DNA from: Gammaproteobacteria bacterium
GTDB lineage: Bacteria > Pseudomonadota > Gammaproteobacteria > Enterobacterales > GCA-2746155
Assembly (NCBI GenBank): GCA_030589945.1
Contig: JAUUZN010000020.1
Span: 1-24,000, forward strand
DNA length: 24,000 nucleotides
Direction: 5' to 3'
Below are positions 7,707-15,251 of the stretch, piece after piece. The notes under the pieces were generated by a model that was given only the letters and a program-made list of their open reading frames with translations, was not told where the DNA came from and did not search any database. Position 1 is the first letter of the stretch; each line of letters opens with the position of its first letter. A program made the translations under genes and the position numbers.

Positions 7707-10700
7707 TTATTGATTAAGCTGAATGATAGGGCTCCAGTCTAACCAATCAGAATCAACCTCATTATGAAGTCTATATTGATGGGTGTTACTAACCTGCTCA
7801 CCAACATTATCCGGTGTTGCAAACACGATACCGCCACCCAGTATAGACTCAATAGATTCAGACTTAATATGGACTCCGCTGAGTAACCCGACATTAATAT
7901 CAATCCCAGATGCATTCCAAAAACGACTGTTGTCGCGCACTAATGTCTGATGACGCTCGTTAATGTTAATGTAAATCAATACCGATTCTGATGTTGCTGA
8001 AAGCTCATAACCAATCACTTCACCGACGGTTATTTGTCGATAAAAGACCGGTACTCCATTGCTAATGGAGCCTAATGTGGGTGACTCCAAAATTAGATTA
8101 AGTCCTGTTTGCTTACCTGTTATAACGGGTTGTTGTGTTAAAACTTTAAAACTATTCTGATGTTCACCATCGCCAGGAATTAACTGCAACTGTGGACCTG
8201 AAAGTAAGCTTCCTAGATTTTCCTGTCGAAGTAAGCCCAATTTTGTTTTTGCTAGCCAAAATTGTGAATTGACACGAATAAGATTTCTCATCTCATTGTT
8301 GATTGAAGCTGTTAGCTCAACCGCATGGCTTGGTTGGATTAATTTGGTTTTAATAACCTCGCCAATTTTAATTCCTTTATAAGAAATAAGAGTCCCTACA
8401 TCCACAGATGCATCATCGAGTAATTCTAATACAACAGTAAACCCATGCTCCTGGGCACTCTCTTTTGAATCATAAAGCTTGTACGACTCACCATTTTCAA
8501 TGCTCACAGATTGTTTTATTAACTCATCGTTATAAAATGCTATCCCACCACTGAGGATACTGTCGATACTGGATGTGCTTATCTTTAGTCCCGATGCTGA
8601 TGCATTTACAGAAATACCACTTACATTATAAAAGCGACTATGGGCTTTCACTCTATCGACAAATTGTGGAACAATATGGATTTGCACATCAACACCCGTT
8701 CCTGACTTATTGAGCTGAACGGACTGAACTGAACCCACTTCAATATCTTGATAATAGACTCCAGAGGCAACCTGCACACTCGAAGCCGTATCGGCCGTCA
8801 GACTGAGGTGTAACCCTTCTGTAGACCAAGAGAGTGCTGGAGCAGTCACTGCGAGGACAAAATCAGATTGAGTCTTCCCTTCGCCAGACTGCACTGCAAA
8901 ATAAGCCCCACCTAACAATGAATCAAGACCGGTAATTTTCGATGCTTTCAATTGTGGCTTTACTAGCCAAAATATAGAGTTTTCTCTTAATATTTCCTGA
9001 TAACGAGGGTCAATACCTATTTCTGCAACCACTTCTTGAGCCTTGGCATCATAAGTGACCCTCCGCAATACTCCGGCTTCAAATCCCTTATATTTTAATT
9101 TGGTAAAACCAGCGTCCAAATAGTCTGCCGTTTTCATACGAAGTGTCAATGTCATGTGGCTGGCTGAACCATCTTGCGAATCGAGCAAATAAAATTCATA
9201 GCCATCTTCTATTTCGGTCGCATCCTTAAAAGGAGTATCAAAGGCTATCCCTCCCTTAACGACGGTTAACATAGACTCTGATTGAACTTTTATTCCCCCC
9301 AAGCCAGCAGAAAGTTTAATACCGCTGATGTTCCAAAATCGACTGCTACTATTTACCAAATGACTAAATTCAGGCTTAATTTGCAAGTGTAAGCCAATAC
9401 CCTTGGACAGATCATCAATGAGTAGATCGGCAATCCTGCCAACTTCAACGCCCTTGAATAATATTGCTGTACCCATTGTGATTGAGCCTAATTCTTTCGC
9501 CTTCAGGAACACATGCAAACCAGGTTCACTAAAGTCAGGTGGTGGGGGTCCATCTAACGCATAATATTCTCTAGCAATGTCTGTTGCTGCACCCACCTTT
9601 AGGGTGATGTAATTACCTGATATTAACGTCTCAAGATTAGACAAACTGCTCAAAGACAAGTCAGGTTTTACCAACCAAAATTCAGTTTCTGTATTAAGCA
9701 ATGCTTCTGCACCAGGATCAATAATGACCGTCGCGACAACATCCCGGCCATCAACCGTAGCAATTCGAATACTGTCAAGATGCCCAATTTCAATGCCTTG
9801 AAACTTAACCTTTGTTATGCCCGACTGTAAGTCGTAACCACTGGCAAAATGGATTTCAATGGGTACTCCAACGCCAGCAGAGTTATAGTCTTCAAAGAGA
9901 TCATAAACAATGTCATCCGTTAACTTTTTTGCGTCCATATCGGGTGTAAATAAGGATATGCCACCGGCTAAAATTGCTGAGAGTGATTCCGTATGAATTT
10001 CAAAGCCTGAAAGTGACCCTTTCATTTGAATTCCACCCGAATTCCAAAATACGGTAGATTCATTGACTAAATTTGCATATTGCTCGTCGATAATGGCATT
10101 GATTTCAACGTTTTTACTATCCTGAGATAATTTGAAATATCGTACTTCACCAATAGGAATTTGACGATAAAAAAGTTGTGTTCCTGCACTGACCGAACCC
10201 AATTTATCAGCTTTTAATGTCACTCTGACACCGGGATCATCTTCTCCTACTGGAGGTGCCGACTTGAGAACAATAAAGTGACGAGTAGATTCACCGGTAT
10301 CTTCAGGCTCGAAGGCGATATAATCACCGCCCAGTACCGTTTCTAATCCTGAGACTCCAGCAAGTGAAATTTGCGCTCTAACCACCCAAAATTGTGTTTG
10401 TGTTGTAAGGTATGATTCGATGGAAGGATCAACATCTGCATGAATAATCACCCGAGTCAGATCGTCTGTCAGCTCTATGTTTGAAACAACTCCTGCGCGA
10501 ATTCCACGGAACTTTAATTGTGTTTTTCCAACAACAATACCTTCAGCCGTAGACATTTCTATGGTGATGGGTATTTTAGAGTCAAGGGTGACCCTCACAA
10601 TTAACCAGATGGTAATCGCCAGTGCAAGTATGGGTAATATCCAGATCGGTGAAAAATTAAGATCGGCTGTTTTTCTTGCTTTTACATGAGGCTGATTTAT

Positions 10701-10712
10701 TGATTCTGTCAC
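7707..10712 (-). CDS. LetB/YebT-like multi-MCE intermembrane lipid transport protein with eight MCE domains
   Basis: 1001 aa with a GTG start that overlaps the upstream stop (GTGA). There is one N-terminal TM segment (PIWILPILALAITIWLIV), followed by eight tandem ~115-120-aa MCE/MlaD-like modules. Each module ends in a recognisable (F/Y)W... motif. There is no long C-terminal helical needle and no pqiC-like gene downstream, so it is Let-type rather than PqiB-type. Confidence 0.9.
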   Translation of the reverse strand: MTESINQPHVKARKTADLNFSPIWILPILALAITIWLIVRVTLDSKIPITIEMSTAEGIVVGKTQLKFRGIRAGVVSNIELTDDLTRVIIHADVDPSIESYLTTQTQFWVVRAQISLAGVSGLETVLGGDYIAFEPEDTGESTRHFIVLKSAPPVGEDDPGVRVTLKADKLGSVSAGTQLFYRQIPIGEVRYFKLSQDSKNVEINAIIDEQYANLVNESTVFWNSGGIQMKGSLSGFEIHTESLSAILAGGISLFTPDMDAKKLTDDIVYDLFEDYNSAGVGVPIEIHFASGYDLQSGITKVKFQGIEIGHLDSIRIATVDGRDVVATVIIDPGAEALLNTETEFWLVKPDLSLSSLSNLETLISGNYITLKVGAATDIAREYYALDGPPPPDFSEPGLHVFLKAKELGSITMGTAILFKGVEVGRIADLLIDDLSKGIGLHLQIKPEFSHLVNSSSRFWNISGIKLSAGLGGIKVQSESMLTVVKGGIAFDTPFKDATEIEDGYEFYLLDSQDGSASHMTLTLRMKTADYLDAGFTKLKYKGFEAGVLRRVTYDAKAQEVVAEIGIDPRYQEILRENSIFWLVKPQLKASKITGLDSLLGGAYFAVQSGEGKTQSDFVLAVTAPALSWSTEGLHLSLTADTASSVQVASGVYYQDIEVGSVQSVQLNKSGTGVDVQIHIVPQFVDRVKAHSRFYNVSGISVNASASGLKISTSSIDSILSGGIAFYNDELIKQSVSIENGESYKLYDSKESAQEHGFTVVLELLDDASVDVGTLISYKGIKIGEVIKTKLIQPSHAVELTASINNEMRNLIRVNSQFWLAKTKLGLLRQENLGSLLSGPQLQLIPGDGEHQNSFKVLTQQPVITGKQTGLNLILESPTLGSISNGVPVFYRQITVGEVIGYELSATSESVLIYININERHQTLVRDNSRFWNASGIDINVGLLSGVHIKSESIESILGGGIVFATPDNVGEQVSNTHQYRLHNEVDSDWLDWSPIIQLNQ

Positions 10713-11344
10713 TCTATTTCCTTCTCATCCCAAATAAGTCTTGTGTCAAAGCTATTTGCCGCCAACATTGTTAAAATGACCATTAAGCAAAATGCTGTGA
10801 TGCCTAAACCTGCATTCACTGTTGCAATTCCACCAATGTTAACAAGAGCCACTAAAAACGTAACGACAAAAACGTCTAACATTGACCATTTTCCAAAAAA
10901 TTCGATCACACGGAACATACGAGTTCTTAATTGTTTATTCATTGCAATTTTTCCATCCAGTGACAGTAATAATAACAACAAACCTATTATCTTTAATATG
11001 GGCACCATAATACTGGCAACAAAAACAATCATTCCAATGGGATAAAGACCATGTTGAAATAAGCTAATAATGCCCGAAATAATGGTATCAGGTTCACCCT
11101 GGCCAAAGGCTGAAATCGTCATGACCGGTAGCATATTTGCAGGTATCAACAAAATGATGGCCGATAACGTTAGTGCCCAACATCGACTCACCGAATTACG
11201 ACGGCGTGAGTGTATTGTCGAGCCACAACATCGACATTGTTGCTGATCAATTGTACTGAGACCATTGCAGTATTCACAACAGATTAATCCCGCTTCCCTT
11301 GCAGATTCGACGACCTTATTGTCAGCAGAGTTAGGAGTTTGCAT
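10709..11344 (-). CDS. PqiA/LetA-family integral membrane protein, half-size (second half-equivalent)
   Basis: 211 aa. An N-terminal four-Cys zinc-ribbon-like motif (CCEYC...CRCC) is followed by hydrophobic segments typical of one PqiA domain. It overlaps the upstream PqiA-type gene by 14 nt and the downstream letB-like gene by 4 nt. Confidence 0.85.
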   Translation of the reverse strand: MQTPNSADNKVVESAREAGLICCEYCNGLSTIDQQQCRCCGSTIHSRRRNSVSRCWALTLSAIILLIPANMLPVMTISAFGQGEPDTIISGIISLFQHGLYPIGMIVFVASIMVPILKIIGLLLLLLSLDGKIAMNKQLRTRMFRVIEFFGKWSMLDVFVVTFLVALVNIGGIATVNAGLGITAFCLMVILTMLAANSFDTRLIWDEKEIE

Positions 11345-11972
11345 TGAGCGTTTCCCAAAAATGGTGGCGTGATGATGTGGTGGTCACTAATAAAGAACAA
11401 AACATTAATAAAATAAAACAGATAAGACCTGCACCAATAGTTACGGTAAAATCATCCAGTAATTTTACAAAGGCTACAATCAGTCCCAATATATAAACCT
11501 CAGACATTCCCCAACTGATTAATCGCTGATAGCTTTTTTGTAATGTGACCAAGTACTTTGGATATAACTCAAACCGTAAATGCAGCGATATCCAAAATGA
11601 TATCAGTAAAATTAATATAGGAACCAATACGGCAAATAGCATGAGTCCAAGGCCTGCTATCCAGTAGGATGAATTCAACATAGGGGGAATACTTTGAATA
11701 ACCGATGCAGAATTTCCAATTCCGAGTGCTTCCATATTCATCATCGGTGTAAAATAAGCCGGCATAACCATCAATAAACCACTAAAACTCGCAATCAAAG
11801 TTTTGTTATTAGTGTCGCGCCGTTCTTGATACATCAGGTTGTTACAGCGCGGACAATGGGCCTGTTGATCGACATCTAAGGGTATTCTTTCAACGAGCAA
11901 ATCACAGTCGTGACAGGCAGTCATTTTGTCCAGGTATTTGCTATCCATTCTTGTATTCATTAGGGCATTCAT
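11331..11972 (-). CDS. PqiA/LetA-family integral membrane protein, half-size (first half-equivalent)
   Basis: 213 aa. An N-terminal CxxC-N16-CxxC motif (CHDCDLLVERIPLDVDQQAHCPRCNNL) resembles the PqiA/YebS N-terminus (..C.QCDML........C.RC). It is followed by several hydrophobic, probably membrane-spanning, segments. There are several in-frame ATGs at the 5' end, so the exact start is uncertain. Confidence 0.85.
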   Translation of the reverse strand: MNALMNTRMDSKYLDKMTACHDCDLLVERIPLDVDQQAHCPRCNNLMYQERRDTNNKTLIASFSGLLMVMPAYFTPMMNMEALGIGNSASVIQSIPPMLNSSYWIAGLGLMLFAVLVPILILLISFWISLHLRFELYPKYLVTLQKSYQRLISWGMSEVYILGLIVAFVKLLDDFTVTIGAGLICFILLMFCSLLVTTTSSRHHFWETLNANS

Positions 11973-12031
11973 TTCGTTTGTTTATAAAAAATAAGCCTAT
12001 TAAATTCGTCGTTTAAATACAATGTTATGAA

Positions 12032-13006
12032 CTAATTTTTATTCTCTGGAGGAGTTTGGTTACTTTTAATCTTATCATTAACAAGACCAATTTCTGAGCC
12101 TACCACCTGCTGTCCCTGAATAATGATAATTTCAACGCGGCGATTGTAGGCACGATTCGCTCTAGTATCATTTTCTTTAATGGGAATGGTATCAGCATGT
12201 CCAATGATGCTAAATCGCTTTCGTTCCAGTTCTTTTGATGCTAAAAGTTCTCTTGCAACCGTTGCTGCTCGAGCACCTGACAGTTCCCAGTTTGAGGGAA
12301 AACGTTTGGTATAAATAGGTCGATTATCCGTGTGTCCTGCAACCGTGATTCGACCCGATGTATCTTTGAGTATATTACGAATTTTTTTCAATACGGGTAA
12401 AAAGCTACTTTTGATAAGCGCTTCTCCAGAACCAAAAGAGCCTTGCTCGCGAATCCGAAACACTAGATATTTACCCTGTGCAACTATCTCGATCTGACCG
12501 GAGTCGAGTTCATCGGCCATCTGTTGTGCAATTTCCAATGCAAGGGCTTCCGTTTCTGGAGTCGGTTCTTTACTTTCAGATGTAATAATATAAGTAGGAT
12601 TAATTTGTAGTGCGTCTTCATCAGTACTGTCAGATGATTCATCATCTTCACCTTCAGAGTCATCTTCACCCTGCCCTTCAGAAAAATCTAAGGTTTGGCG
12701 ATCAGTGTCAATAGTCTGTTGGTTAATTGCGGTAATTAATGTAGGTTGTGGTTTGCCCGGTGAAAATTCCTGAGCAATAATACTGGTGCCCTTAGGAATA
12801 TCTTTTGCTTCAACTTTATTTTGTACACCAAAAGCCGCCTTCATAGAGCCCGCGACCTGTTTGTATTTCAAAACATCCATTTCTGAAAATGAAAGTAATA
12901 ACACGAAGAAACACATTAACAACGCCATCAGATCAGCGAATGTTCCCATGTATGCTGGCAAGCCCTCAGGTGGGCAGATTACCTCTTCGTGTTCTTCTTC
13001 ACTCAT
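12032..13006 (-). CDS. pomB: Flagellar stator protein PomB/MotB (OmpA-like peptidoglycan-binding C-terminus)
   Basis: 324 aa. ..CPPEGLPAYMGTFADLMALLMCFFVLLLSFSEMDVLKYKQVAGSMKAAFGVQN..KDIPKGTSIIAQEF is near-identical in pattern to Vibrio PomB, including the TM Asp (FADLM). The C-terminus has the OmpA-like GHTDNRP...SNWELSGARA...NRRVEI motifs. Confidence 0.9.
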   Translation of the reverse strand: MSEEEHEEVICPPEGLPAYMGTFADLMALLMCFFVLLLSFSEMDVLKYKQVAGSMKAAFGVQNKVEAKDIPKGTSIIAQEFSPGKPQPTLITAINQQTIDTDRQTLDFSEGQGEDDSEGEDDESSDSTDEDALQINPTYIITSESKEPTPETEALALEIAQQMADELDSGQIEIVAQGKYLVFRIREQGSFGSGEALIKSSFLPVLKKIRNILKDTSGRITVAGHTDNRPIYTKRFPSNWELSGARAATVARELLASKELERKRFSIIGHADTIPIKENDTRANRAYNRRVEIIIIQGQQVVGSEIGLVNDKIKSNQTPPENKN

Positions 13007-13078
13007 TATTCTTTCTCAATTGAATCCTTTTAAACTGTAATCTTTACAGCCAAACCCTTTACAAAAAAGTGTGCTGAC

Positions 13079-13843
13079 TTACTCTTCTGCTGAGGGTCTA
13101 TTACCTGCAGAAATGTAACCCATAAGTGCCTGCTCGATAACTCTTGGATTTTGGCCGGCCTGGATTGATAACAAACCATCGATAATTAAATTATTGGTGA
13201 GGTTTTCTTCATCGTTTCGAAGCAAACATTTGTCTGCAATTGGAATGGCGACCATGTTGGCAATTAGGGCACCATAAAGAGTTGTTAAAAGTGCTACGGC
13301 CATTGATGGTCCAATGGTTTTAGGGTCATCCATGTTGGCTAACATTGCCACAAGACCCACCAGCGTTCCAATCATTCCCATCGCTGGAGCTACGTCACCT
13401 AAACCTTTAAATATACTCGCTGTGAGCATATGCCGGTCGGAGGCCATTTTGACTTCCTTGGTGAGGATTTGTTTAACGATGTCACCATCGTGGCCATCAA
13501 CAAGAAGGTTGATACCTTTATTCATAAATTCATTGGGTATTTCTGCACTCTCAAGTGAGAGCAAACCGCCCTTACGCGCAGCATCAGCTAGTTCTACTAT
13601 TTTCTCAATCAACTCTTCTGGAGGCTGGGATTTGAAATTTAGGATCTTCATACCACCTTTTACGGCACCTATAAATTGACCCATGGAAAACTTCATCAAT
13701 ATGACGAAGTGGCTACCCACAACAACAATTAATACAGAGGGCACATCAAAAAACATTATGATTTCACCGCCACTCGAAAGTACCATGGCCATTACAACCA
13801 TAGCAAATGCACCTATGAGTCCGATGATGGTAGCTAAATCCAC
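13079..13843 (-). CDS. pomA: Flagellar stator protein PomA/MotA (MotA/TolQ/ExbB channel family)
   Basis: 254 aa with a GTG start preceded by AAGGAG at 6-nt spacing. MDLATIIGLIGAFAMVVMAMVL...DVAPAMGMIGTLVGLVAMLANMDDPKTIGPSMAVALLTTLYGA...GQNPRVIE is collinear with Vibrio PomA. Confidence 0.92.
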   Translation of the reverse strand: MDLATIIGLIGAFAMVVMAMVLSSGGEIIMFFDVPSVLIVVVGSHFVILMKFSMGQFIGAVKGGMKILNFKSQPPEELIEKIVELADAARKGGLLSLESAEIPNEFMNKGINLLVDGHDGDIVKQILTKEVKMASDRHMLTASIFKGLGDVAPAMGMIGTLVGLVAMLANMDDPKTIGPSMAVALLTTLYGALIANMVAIPIADKCLLRNDEENLTNNLIIDGLLSIQAGQNPRVIEQALMGYISAGNRPSAEE

Positions 13844-13986
13844 AATTCACTCCTTGTTCGTTTCTTAATAAAAAAATGCTTATCCATTTTTTTCTAAACT
13901 CTCACTTCTAACTCAAAAGGATAGCACTGATTGAGACATTTGTGCAGGGACTGTTAATAATAACTTATGTTGATGCGATTAATTAC

Positions 13987-14004
13987 CCAAAAAGCGCTTT
14001 GTGG
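13987..14004. promoter_or_regulatory. 18-bp inverted repeat (CCAaAAAGC|GCTTTgTGG) in the pomA/xseB divergent intergenic region; candidate operator
   Basis: A perfect 10-bp palindrome AAAGCGCTTT lies at 13991-14000. It extends to 18 bp with one mismatch. No binding factor can be assigned from sequence alone. Confidence 0.2.
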
Positions 14005-14117
14005 ATAGCAAAATGAATCAATATAAGCGAAAATACAGCATCTCTATCGAGAGCAAAACGGCTTTATATCATGACAACAATACTGATCGTTAAAATGATG
14101 ATGAAAGGATAATTCTG

Positions 14118-14345
14118 ATGGGCAAAAATGCTGAGAACACGAATAACTTCGAACAGCAATTGGCTGAACTTGAGTCACTGGTCGAAGCAATGGAAAATGG
14201 AGAAATCAGTTTAGAAGATTCTCTTAAAAGTTTTGAAAAGGGAATTCAACTGACTCGTTCTTGTCAGAAATCTCTCAGTGAAGCTGAACTAAAAGTAAAA
14301 ATATTACTCTCTGATGATGCTGAACCTTCTAACTTTGAAGAATAG
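14118..14345 (+). CDS. xseB: Exodeoxyribonuclease VII small subunit
   Basis: 75 aa. ..[56 protein letters not shown] matches E. coli XseB ([40 protein letters not shown]..). An AAAGGA RBS lies 8 nt upstream. Confidence 0.9.
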   Translation: MGKNAENTNNFEQQLAELESLVEAMENGEISLEDSLKSFEKGIQLTRSCQKSLSEAELKVKILLSDDAEPSNFEE

Positions 14346-14348
14346 ACT

Positions 14349-15251
14349 GTGGATCTCAATCTTTTAATTACCGATTGCCAACAGCGCATTAATACTGTTT
14401 TAAAAACATACTTAGACAGCTCTAAACCCTACAGTGACAACAATGCCGATCGTTTAATTGAAGCCATGTCCTATTCAGCCCTCGACGCTGGAAAACGACT
14501 GCGACCACTCTTAGTCTACAGTTGTGGCGAAGCCTTTGGTGCTAAATTGGATGATCTTGATGCAGCGGCAGCGGCAGTAGAATGCATTCACGTTTATTCA
14601 TTAATCCATGATGATCTCCCCGCCATGGATGACGACGATCTTCGTCGTGGAAAACCAACCTGCCATATTCGGTTTGACGAGGCAACAGCAATCCTTGCAG
14701 GCGATGCACTGCAAACATTAGCCTTTGATATTTTAATTAATCACCCTTTGTCAGACAAGGCTGAAGCGTCTCGCCTTGCCATGTTAAAAGAGCTCTCTAC
14801 TGCCAGTGGTTCAAAGGGCATGGGTGGTGGTCAGATGTTAGATTTACTGGCAACAAACCAGAATTTACAGCTTGATGATTTAATCACCATGCACCGAATG
14901 AAAACCGGGGCATTGATTAAAGCGAGCATTGTAATGGGGCTCTTAAGTGCTGGTATTAATGATATTAAGATCATCCAATCAATGACGACCTTTGGTGAAC
15001 TCATTGGGCTTGCTTTCCAAGTGAAGGATGACATTTTAGACATTGAGGGTGATACCGAGATCATTGGAAAACCATCGGGTTCAGATGCCGCAGCCAATAA
15101 ATCTACTTTTCCGGCCCTAATGGGACTGGATTCTGCAAAAATATATGCTGAAGAATTGATCACCGAAGCACTTCAAGCATTAACACCATTGGCGTACAAT
15201 ACAGATCAATTAGAAAAACTAGCAACCTACATTATTGAGCGACAACACTAA
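14349..15251 (+). CDS. ispA: (2E,6E)-farnesyl diphosphate synthase
   Basis: 300 aa with a GTG start. Both aspartate-rich prenyltransferase motifs are present ([20 protein letters not shown] and FQVKDDILD), and it is collinear with E. coli IspA. The xseB-ispA-dxs order is conserved. Confidence 0.92.
   Translation: MDLNLLITDCQQRINTVLKTYLDSSKPYSDNNADRLIEAMSYSALDAGKRLRPLLVYSCGEAFGAKLDDLDAAAAAVECIHVYSLIHDDLPAMDDDDLRRGKPTCHIRFDEATAILAGDALQTLAFDILINHPLSDKAEASRLAMLKELSTASGSKGMGGGQMLDLLATNQNLQLDDLITMHRMKTGALIKASIVMGLLSAGINDIKIIQSMTTFGELIGLAFQVKDDILDIEGDTEIIGKPSGSDAAANKSTFPALMGLDSAKIYAEELITEALQALTPLAYNTDQLEKLATYIIERQH

Noticed and set aside
10709-11972. Two PqiA-type ORFs interpreted as a frameshifted pseudogene of a single letA
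   Set aside because: Each ORF has its own start, its own complete four-Cys motif and a full hydrophobic domain. The overlap looks like ordinary translational coupling. I keep it as a finding to verify rather than calling it a pseudogene.
13314-13679. 121-aa ORF antisense to pomA, and similar embedded or antisense ORFs (849-1067, 890-1111, 1124-1336, 2476-2673, 2737-2973, 3318-3515, 4856-5068, 6215-6475, 10477-10689, 10743-11045, 12484-12669, 12786-13040, 13683-13868, 14831-15163, 16200-16649, 16680-16919, 17386-17601, 19479-19679, 20234-20491, 20679-20900, 21486-21686, 21985-22176, 22327-22581, 22720-22929, 23306-23542)
   Set aside because: All of them lie wholly or almost wholly within strongly supported conserved genes, on the opposite strand or in another frame. 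Their translations are low-complexity or biased and show no recognisable motifs, which is typical of shadow ORFs.
14013-14112. Mini-ORFs upstream of xseB (26-aa MNQYKRKYSISIESKTALYHDNNTDR at 14013-14093; MMMKG at 14095-14112)
   Set aside because: Neither has a convincing RBS or a recognisable peptide family. Such ORFs are expected by chance in a 274-nt AT-rich spacer. The second overlaps the xseB RBS, and I regard that as coincidence without further evidence.
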